Below, one piece after another: positions 25,883-32,000 of a stretch of 32,000 nucleotides of DNA. The notes under the pieces are model-generated. The model was not told where the DNA came from and searched no databases. It was given only the letters and a program-made list of their open reading frames with translations. The DNA is from Edaphobacter aggregans (GTDB taxonomy: Bacteria; Acidobacteriota; Terriglobia; Terriglobales; Acidobacteriaceae): NCBI RefSeq assembly GCF_003945235.1, contig NZ_RSDW01000001.1:2640001-2672000 (forward strand). Reading direction: 5' to 3'. Each line of letters opens with the position of its first letter. Positions within the stretch are counted from its first letter, which is position 1. Both the position numbers and the translations under genes were made by a program.

Positions 25883-26258
25883 GGTAGTTCTCCTCTCCAA
25901 GGCGTCGCTTCTAGGAACGCCTTCACTCATATAAGCGAGAAATGGAAGAGAACGGGGCCAAAGACCCACCCGTATTCGAAACGACAAAATTCGGGCCCTA
26001 CCTTCGTTACGGCCTTATCATCCTAAGTGACCATTTCACAACAGCGAAATATCCTGGGCCCAGCCTACTTCCACAAGATCGCCGCCATCCTCAAAACCGC
26101 AGCCGAGTCCGGAGCCCCAACCAATCCCGCCGCCCTCGCCGAAGTCACGCGCTGCCATGGCCTAACCCCAGCCCCCAGCTAACCCATTTAGCTGGGCGGC
26201 CCATACATCCATCCGCTAAAACATCGGGTGCCGATTCGCGCGACATGCGGACCGTCAG

Positions 26259-26287
26259 TTGACCGCGCCAAGCGTCAGTACTATACC
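26259..26287 (+). promoter_or_regulatory. Sigma70-like promoter TTGACC-N17-TATACC placed for a leaderless transcript
   Basis: TTGACC at 26259-26264, a 17-nt spacer, and TATACC at 26282-26287. The ATG at 26294 lies 7 nt after the -10 box and no SD sequence is present. Confidence 0.5.
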
Positions 26288-26293
26288 TGATCC

Positions 26294-27079
26294 ATGTTGC
26301 CCGGCACCCGAAACAACGCGGCGACCAGGACTCCGCCCCGCCTTTACCGCACCGCGGTGTTGACCCTCACCTTTGGAGCGGCCGTACTGACCGCCCAACC
26401 CGCCCAGCAGGACCAGAAGATGGGCAACATGCCCGGAATGGACATGAGCGGCACCGAAGACATGAGCAACATGGGTCCAAGCATGGCCGCCATGGCCGGA
26501 CACATGAACATGACCGCGCTCCGCCCAAAGCAGCCCGGCGACGACGAAAAAGCAAAAGCCGTCGTGGCCCAGGCCAAGGCCACCATGGAGCGCTACAAGG
26601 ATTACCGCAAGGCTTTAGCCGACGGATACGTCATCGCCAACCCCAAGCTCGGGCAGCCCCAGTATCACTTCAACAACGACGCCAACGCCCGCGAGGCCAA
26701 CCTCCACTTCGACCCCACCAAGCCAACCTCCCTGCTCTACCGCCGCACTCCGATGCAGCGCTACAAGCTGGAAGGCGTGATGTACACGGCACGCCCCGAC
26801 GCGACCGAAGACGAACTGAACCAGCGCATCCCGCTCAGCATCGCGCACTGGCATGAGCACACCAACTTCTGCGCCGCCCCCGCAGACCGCGTCAAGGAAT
26901 ACCACGGCGACCACCCCAAATTCGGCATGTTCGGCTCTATCCACACCAAAGAGGCCTGCGAAGCCGAACGCGGCACCTTCTTTCCCTACATGTTCACCTG
27001 GATGATCCACGTCTTCCCCTACGAGGACAACTCCAAAGACGTCTTCTCCATGAACGACGATGTATCCCACGTCCATTGA
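26294..27079 (+). CDS. Secreted protein with Met-rich N-terminal segment and a His/Cys-containing C-terminal domain (putative periplasmic metal-binding protein)
   Basis: Signal-like 'RLYRTAVLTLTFGAAVLTAQPA'. Next comes 'MGNMPGMDMSGTEDMSNMGPSMAAMAGHMNM', with 10 Met in 31 residues (nt 26420-26512). Later motifs are 'HWHEH', two Cys, and a C-terminal 'SHVH'. Confidence 0.85.
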   Translation: MLPGTRNNAATRTPPRLYRTAVLTLTFGAAVLTAQPAQQDQKMGNMPGMDMSGTEDMSNMGPSMAAMAGHMNMTALRPKQPGDDEKAKAVVAQAKATMERYKDYRKALADGYVIANPKLGQPQYHFNNDANAREANLHFDPTKPTSLLYRRTPMQRYKLEGVMYTARPDATEDELNQRIPLSIAHWHEHTNFCAAPADRVKEYHGDHPKFGMFGSIHTKEACEAERGTFFPYMFTWMIHVFPYEDNSKDVFSMNDDVSHVH

Positions 27080-27241
27080 TCACGTAACCAGGATGGCCTG
27101 CTATCCTTTGCTGGTTCCTAGGCCACCCGGCAAGCACTTGGGATAAGTTCAGAATTCCTTACAAGCGGCCCCACAGAAGGCGAAGTCGATGATCCGGCAA
27201 TCGAATCGAACACCACGCCGCCAGGAATAGGAGAACTCCAC

Positions 27242-27778
27242 ATGAGCAAGGATCCAACTTCACCCACCTTCAAGCAGAAAGCGAAGAAAGAACTTAAGGA
27301 TTTCTTCATCATCTCCCTCTACCTGGCCTTTTTCTTCTGCGCACTCGTGACCTACACCATCTTGCTCTTAAGAGAGCATGGCGGCAGTTCTCTGAACTAC
27401 ACCTTTGCGATCATCAACGCTCTCGTCATCGGCAAAGTCATTCTCATTGGAGAAATGGTAAAACTTGGCAAGCGTGCCGAAGCCAGGCCTCTCTATCAAT
27501 CGGTCCTCCTCAAGGCCATCCTCTTTAGCCTGCTTGTCCTCGCCTTCCACTTCCTTGAGGAGTTCATCAAACGCCTCATTCACGGCGAGCCCTCCGGAAC
27601 CGTATGGCACAATATCAACCCCGATGAGCTGATCGGCCGCTCGATCCTCGTCTTCTGCACCTTCCTCCCCCTCTTCGCCTTCATAGAGATTCGCCGGGTC
27701 CTCGGCGAAGAGGAGTTCTACGCACTGTTTTACAAACGCGGAGGCGCAGAAAATCCAACCATCTCCTCCGGAAAATGA
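27242..27778 (+). CDS. 4-TM membrane protein, unknown function
   Basis: 178 aa. Hydrophobic segments are 'FFIISLYLAFFFCALVTYTILLL', 'YTFAIINALVIGKVILIG', 'AILFSLLVLAFHFL' and 'SILVFCTFLPLFAFI'. RBS 'AGGAGaactccac'. Confidence 0.85.
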   Translation: MSKDPTSPTFKQKAKKELKDFFIISLYLAFFFCALVTYTILLLREHGGSSLNYTFAIINALVIGKVILIGEMVKLGKRAEARPLYQSVLLKAILFSLLVLAFHFLEEFIKRLIHGEPSGTVWHNINPDELIGRSILVFCTFLPLFAFIEIRRVLGEEEFYALFYKRGGAENPTISSGK

Positions 27779-27873
27779 CCCCTCACGTCGTCGCCAGGAT
27801 GGGCAATTCTCACTGAGCACCCTGACGCGGTAACCCCTGCTGCGTCCTCATATACGTCGTTACCAAAGTTCTT

Positions 27874-27902
27874 TTGACACACCATCCGCGCCTAACTATA
27901 AA
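27874..27902 (+). promoter_or_regulatory. Sigma70-like promoter TTGACA-N17-TATAAA for PEP-CTERM paralog B
   Basis: TTGACA at 27874-27879, a 17-nt spacer, and TATAAA at 27897-27902. 'AAGGAG' follows before the ATG at 27951. Confidence 0.6.
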
Positions 27903-27950
27903 GGACCCTACCGCCCCCACGGATAAAACTAAGGAGTACCACCACCACTT

Positions 27951-28655
27951 ATGAAGTTGCTACGACTCGGTCTGCCCTCTTTATCTGCCCTGATTCTCTC
28001 TGTAGCGGTTACCGCAGCAATCCCCGCACAAGCCGATACCATCAGCTGGGCCACCTGGTCCTCTGTAACCTCCGGCAACCCCGGCTCAGCCACCGGCACC
28101 ATCGCACCCGGTATCACCGTTACCTACTCCGGCCAGACCGACGCCCTGCTGATCGGCTACCCGAGCTGGACCCCCTCGACCAGCTACACCAGCTCCGTCA
28201 TCGGCAACGCACCACCCGCCGACGGCAACGCCGTCAAGCTCGAGGGCGGATCATCCATCACCGAGACCATCACCTTCTCCTCAGCGCTTACGAACCCCGT
28301 TCTGGCAATCTGGAGCCTCGGTCAGAGCAACGATCCCACCGCCTTCGACTTCGCCGCATCCGAGCCCTTCACCGTTGTGGCTGGCGGCCCCTCAACCGAG
28401 TACAACGGCGGCTCCATCACCCAGTCCGGCGACAACGTGATCGGTATTGAAGGCAACGGTGTCATCCAGTTCAACGGCACCTTCACCACAATTACCTTCA
28501 CCACGCCTGACTTCGAGAACTACTACGCCTTCACCGTCGGCGCAGATAGTTCCACGTCTCCCGTTCCCGAACCGGGCGCACTGTCGCTCGTCGGCCTCGG
28601 ACTCGCCGCACTGCCCTTCGCCCGGAGATCGCTTTCGCGCCTTCGTGCAAGCTAG
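27951..28655 (+). CDS. PEP-CTERM sorting-domain protein, paralog B
   Basis: Signal peptide 'MKLLRLGLPSLSALILSVAVTAAIPAQA'. C-terminal 'VPEPGALSLVGLGLAALPFARRSLSRLRAS'. The mature domain aligns end to end with paralog A. Confidence 0.9.
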   Translation: MKLLRLGLPSLSALILSVAVTAAIPAQADTISWATWSSVTSGNPGSATGTIAPGITVTYSGQTDALLIGYPSWTPSTSYTSSVIGNAPPADGNAVKLEGGSSITETITFSSALTNPVLAIWSLGQSNDPTAFDFAASEPFTVVAGGPSTEYNGGSITQSGDNVIGIEGNGVIQFNGTFTTITFTTPDFENYYAFTVGADSSTSPVPEPGALSLVGLGLAALPFARRSLSRLRAS

Positions 28656-28682
28656 TTCCTCACCATTCACCCGAAACACCCG

Positions 28683-28710
28683 AAAAGCCCCGGTACTCGC
28701 CGGGGCTTTT
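28683..28710. terminator. Bidirectional intrinsic terminator
   Basis: 'aaaaGCCCCGG-tactcg-CCGGGGCtttt' has a GC-rich 7-bp stem flanked by an A-run and a T-run, so it reads as a terminator on both strands. Confidence 0.85.
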
Positions 28711-28906
28711 CAGCGTAATTTGCATGAGAAATCCGCCAGACCCATTCCCCACGAATGAAAGTGAAAACAAGGACAGTTAACCAACCACACTATCCACACG
28801 TTTCACCACAACCTGACCACAAAAAACCACGTTCTACCGCCCAAAATCCCAGCAAAACGACGAAAATCGACCACGCGCCTCGTTCCAAAAAAATCCGCGC
28901 AAAAAT

Positions 28907-29545
28907 CTACTGCGTCCCCCGCAAAGGCTTCAACTCCTGATCCAGCATCGTCGCCAGATCCTGGGCAACTCCCGCGCTCTTGGGATTGGTATAAACCCCC
29001 AGCTGCCCCTTCAACTCCACATCCGTCTTCTTGTCCCCCACCTCCTGCACGCACGGAGTTCCCGTCACATACGAAGCCGTGAACCCAATCGTCCTCGTCC
29101 CCATCGTCTGCTCCTGAATCACCACATGCAGCGCGATATCCGCAGCAGTAGGCGCGTCGACAAGCTCAACCCCGCTAAGCGCGCCAACACTCTGCTGAAT
29201 CTGACTCACCACCACCGGCGTCGCATCATGGCCCGCAACCTTCAACAGCACATGCACCTTCCCCGGAGTCGCTTCAGTCGAACAAGTAAGCAGCGACTTC
29301 TTCGGGTCAAGCTTGGCCGAAGCCAGCACAGCCGTCAGCTGAGCCTTCGTAAGCTTATTCAACCCTGCCGCCGTAAACCCGTTGGCCGAAACACCCAATG
29401 TTTGCTGCACCTCCGGCGTCCACTGCGCCATCGCTGTCTTAGTCGAAGTCTTCGACTTAACCGCAGTCTTCTGCTGCGTCAACCCCATCTGTCCCGTAAG
29501 CAAAACGCCCGCCAGAGCAGCCCACAACATGACCCTTTTCTTCAC
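28907..29545 (-). CDS. Secreted protein, unknown function
   Basis: The best start is the GTG at 29545 (RBS 'GGAGGcactt'), which gives 'MKKRVMLWAALAGVLLTGQMGLTQQ'. Alternative starts are GTG 29575 and ATG 29530. I recognise no family motif. Confidence 0.72.
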   Translation of the reverse strand: MKKRVMLWAALAGVLLTGQMGLTQQKTAVKSKTSTKTAMAQWTPEVQQTLGVSANGFTAAGLNKLTKAQLTAVLASAKLDPKKSLLTCSTEATPGKVHVLLKVAGHDATPVVVSQIQQSVGALSGVELVDAPTAADIALHVVIQEQTMGTRTIGFTASYVTGTPCVQEVGDKKTDVELKGQLGVYTNPKSAGVAQDLATMLDQELKPLRGTQ

Positions 29546-29715
29546 AAGTGCCTCCAATCCCTTTAGAACTGCCACTTCGATTCAAGCCCTGATACAAACC
29601 CATACCCGTCAAGGCTAAGCTAATTCCACGGTCTACAAAGGAATAGACGCGAATCTCAGCTCTTTCGCCGCCTGCCACAATCAGCCACCTACGCAGCACG
29701 TAGCATCCAACACCC

Positions 29716-30537
29716 ATGGCGACCTCCACCATCGCGCACCCCATCCGCACCCTGCGCGAGCACGTCACCGCTCTCGAAGCCGCCATTACTCTCTGCCTGG
29801 CCGACCCTGCTCCCAAGCCCGTCCATCGCCTTCGCACCAGCACCCGCCGCATCGAAGCCCAACTCATGCTGCTCGAACTCCTCCCCGCCTTACCGCCGCA
29901 CGATAAGCCCGCCCGCAAATCCCGCCGCCTGCTCAAAAAACTTCGCCGTGCCGCCGGCCACGCCCGCGACATCGACGTCCAGATCGATCTCATCGCCGCC
30001 GAAACCCCCGCCGACGCCCCCCAATCCATTCAGAAAAAATCCCTCCAACTCCGACAAACCCTCGACAAACAACGTGCCGCAGCAGCCCAGCGCCTTATCG
30101 AAATCCTCCAGAAACATCAGGCCAAACTAGCCCTCACGCTGGAGTCGCTCCTCTCCACGCTCACTCCCGCCGAGCCCCTCACGCTCGCCCCGACCCAACT
30201 CTCCACCCTCGTCCATAGCTGGTTTGCCCAAAACGCACCCGCCGAACCCACATCCGATCCCGACGATCCTGAGCATCTCCACGCGATCCGCAAAACCGCA
30301 AAGCTGGCCCGCTACCTCGCCGAGAACGCGCCAAAATCCGCACGCACACCGCGCAAGCTGGCCCGCACCTTCGAGTCCGTCCAGCAAGCCGGAGGCGACT
30401 GGCACGACTGGCTCATCCTCTCCACCATCGCCCGCAACGAACTCGGCAAATCCTCCCCACTCACCGAATCCTTCACCCACAAATGCCACTCCGCACTAAC
30501 CGCCTATCGCAAGCGACTCGATCAGCTTCCCGCCTAG
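29716..30537 (+). CDS. CHAD domain-containing protein
   Basis: 273 aa, all-helical and Arg/His-rich, with the paired CHAD signatures 'VHRLRTSTRRIEAQLMLL', 'LRRAAGHARDIDVQIDLI' and 'EHLHAIRKTAKLARYLAE'. Confidence 0.85.
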   Translation: MATSTIAHPIRTLREHVTALEAAITLCLADPAPKPVHRLRTSTRRIEAQLMLLELLPALPPHDKPARKSRRLLKKLRRAAGHARDIDVQIDLIAAETPADAPQSIQKKSLQLRQTLDKQRAAAAQRLIEILQKHQAKLALTLESLLSTLTPAEPLTLAPTQLSTLVHSWFAQNAPAEPTSDPDDPEHLHAIRKTAKLARYLAENAPKSARTPRKLARTFESVQQAGGDWHDWLILSTIARNELGKSSPLTESFTHKCHSALTAYRKRLDQLPA

Positions 30538-30618
30538 TCTCCGCACTCTCACAATCACCAGCTACAATCGCGATGGGCTCCCGAACAATTCAAATCCTGA
30601 CCTGACCACGAGGCAGCC

Positions 30619-31524
30619 ATGAGCCAACTCCATCTCCGCATCTTCGATGGCACCCGCCAGCCGTTCCCACTACCTGCCCAATTTCTCATCACCATCACCG
30701 ACGGCTATAAAAAAACACAAATCAAAGATTTCTACCCTCAAAACGACATCCTCTTCGATCTGCCTTTCTTCGATAACTTCGGCGATCAATACACCGTTCT
30801 CGTCTGGACCAAGGGCTACAAGCAAGGCGGCTACTTTCCCGTCATCCTGTCACCCGCACAGCCCAGGACGCTCGACATCATGCTCATCCCTCAATCGCCA
30901 CGTTTCAACTTCGCCGATGCCAGTTGGCCCGTCGTCAAGGCGGCCTATCCCTTCCTGGCCTCAGATGTAGACGATGCTACCGCCCAGCAACGCTACGGCG
31001 ATCTCATGGACGACACCCCAGCCGCTCTCGCCTGTTTTCTCAACCTCACCGAAGCCATGAGCCAGATATCGTTCGCCCCCACCACACCACTCGACTACAT
31101 CAAACAGCTCATATGGACCGGTACCCAGGCACCCGCCCAGGATCGCTTCTTCGCCTGGTGCGACGTCGGAATCATTCCACTCATCCAGGCCGCCACCACG
31201 AACCATAAATTCGCCGTAGAAAACGACCCAGGGTTGCTCCATCCGGGAGCCACCCGAAGCTGGAAGCAGATCCAGTTCGGCGAAGCCAACGTCCAGCTCA
31301 CCTTCCACGAAAACGACAAGGCCGTCATCAACGGCGTCAACTGCTGCATCCTTGAGCCCGACATGGACTACTACGCAGACCCTCTCGCTCACGCCCTGCT
31401 CGAGGTTCTTCCAAATGAGCTGACGCACATGCTCACCGACCCCACCATGGTCTATCAGCTCCGTTGGATAGCCGGCCAGACTGCCAGAATCCCCCAGTTC
31501 GCGCCGCTCTACACCATCGTCTGA
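30619..31524 (+). CDS. Hypothetical cytoplasmic protein (301 aa), unknown function
   Basis: Clean ORF with RBS 'GAGGcagcc' and host-like codon bias. No signal peptide. The N-terminal ~90 aa look like a beta-sandwich ('LHLRIFDGTRQPF...YTVLVWTKGYKQGGYFPVIL'). I recognise no family. Confidence 0.8.
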   Translation: MSQLHLRIFDGTRQPFPLPAQFLITITDGYKKTQIKDFYPQNDILFDLPFFDNFGDQYTVLVWTKGYKQGGYFPVILSPAQPRTLDIMLIPQSPRFNFADASWPVVKAAYPFLASDVDDATAQQRYGDLMDDTPAALACFLNLTEAMSQISFAPTTPLDYIKQLIWTGTQAPAQDRFFAWCDVGIIPLIQAATTNHKFAVENDPGLLHPGATRSWKQIQFGEANVQLTFHENDKAVINGVNCCILEPDMDYYADPLAHALLEVLPNELTHMLTDPTMVYQLRWIAGQTARIPQFAPLYTIV

Positions 31525-31545
31525 ACAAGCCGGCTTAGCTCCGAC

Positions 31546-31965
31546 TTACTGCAGCGGCGCATCCGCCGGCATGATGGCCCCTGCCTTCACCCATCGCTCC
31601 ACCGTGGCAATATCCGCCTCCGACAGCTTCGCCTTCGGAGGCATCGGTCTCGGATTATTCTGCGGGCCCTCATGACGAATCAGTCGCACTAGCAAACTCT
31701 TTGCCGGATCGCCCGGCACCAGCACCGCACCATCGTGTCCGCCCTTCATCATCCCCGCCCGAGTAGCAATATTCAGCCCGCCGCTATGGTTCATTCCCCC
31801 ATGGCACCGATAGCAGTTGGCCTGAAAGATCGGTTGCACTTTCGTCGTATAAAACTCCGGCCTCGATGCCTCATCCGGCCCTGCCGCTCGCACCACACTC
31901 ACCCCTAAACCCAATGCTGTCAACGCACCAGCAAGCACTCCCAGCCCTGCGGCCAACCCCCTCAT
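31546..31965 (-). CDS. Secreted mono-haem c-type cytochrome domain protein (PSCyt1 / planctomycete cytochrome C family)
   Basis: Signal peptide 'MRGLAAGLGVLAGALTALGLGVSVVRA'. 'VQPIFQANCYRCHGG' carries the CxxCH haem site. 'GGHDGAVLVPGDPAKSLLVRLI...MPP...LSEADIATVERWVKAGA' is the typical PSCyt1 tail. Confidence 0.85.
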   Translation of the reverse strand: MRGLAAGLGVLAGALTALGLGVSVVRAAGPDEASRPEFYTTKVQPIFQANCYRCHGGMNHSGGLNIATRAGMMKGGHDGAVLVPGDPAKSLLVRLIRHEGPQNNPRPMPPKAKLSEADIATVERWVKAGAIMPADAPLQ

Positions 31966-32000
31966 GCATCCCCCTATTAATCGAAGAGTATACGGAATCC

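Noticed and set aside
25942-26262. 106-aa plus-strand ORF in the 25882-26294 spacer
   Set aside because: Its product is R/P/S-rich and it has no RBS. A different frame of the same DNA (26027-26182) shows the codon bias instead, so I reported that frame as a low-confidence finding.
28755-28940. 61-aa ORF in the C/A-rich spacer ('MKVKTRTVNQPHYPHVSPQPDHKKPRS...')
   Set aside because: Its composition simply reflects the C/A-rich strand. It has no RBS and runs into the convergent gene's 3' end.

Overview
This is a 32-kb chromosomal segment from a high-GC Gram-negative bacterium. The gene content points to Acidobacteriota (Terriglobia-like), by inference only: giant carboxypeptidase-regulatory-domain TonB-dependent receptors, a GWxTD protein, PEP-CTERM proteins, a PSCyt1 cytochrome domain, and 'GTCATyC...GGATC' intergenic hairpin repeats. 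I call 20 protein-coding genes. They are: (1) a multi-PAS histidine kinase; (2) an orphan phage-tail-sheath C-terminal-domain gene bracketed by two repeat clusters; (3) a minus-strand iron-type cluster of an STN-domain TonB-dependent receptor, a PiuC/YbiX hydroxylase and a GT39/ArnT-like glycosyltransferase with a TPR tail; (4) two ~1100-1200-aa TonB-dependent receptors flanking a GWxTD/TPR protein; (5) gyrA followed by a GT-C-like membrane protein; (6) an accessory-looking stretch at 23.9-31.5 kb holding two diverged PEP-CTERM paralogs, small secreted proteins, a Met-rich putative metal-binding protein, two 4-TM proteins, a CHAD protein and a 301-aa unknown; (7) a stand-alone PSCyt1 haem-c protein. 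I saw no rRNA or tRNA genes, CRISPR array, transposase, integrase or recognisable defence genes. The best leads are the PEP-CTERM paralog cassette, the repeat-bracketed sheath fragment, the receptor/GWxTD unit, and a ~340-nt structured leader with face-to-face promoters upstream of the STN receptor. None amounts to a demonstrable new system from sequence alone. Many long ORFs in the supplied track are antisense or alternate-frame artefacts of GC-rich codon bias. The track also shows GTG/TTG starts as M, so several starts were re-derived by hand.
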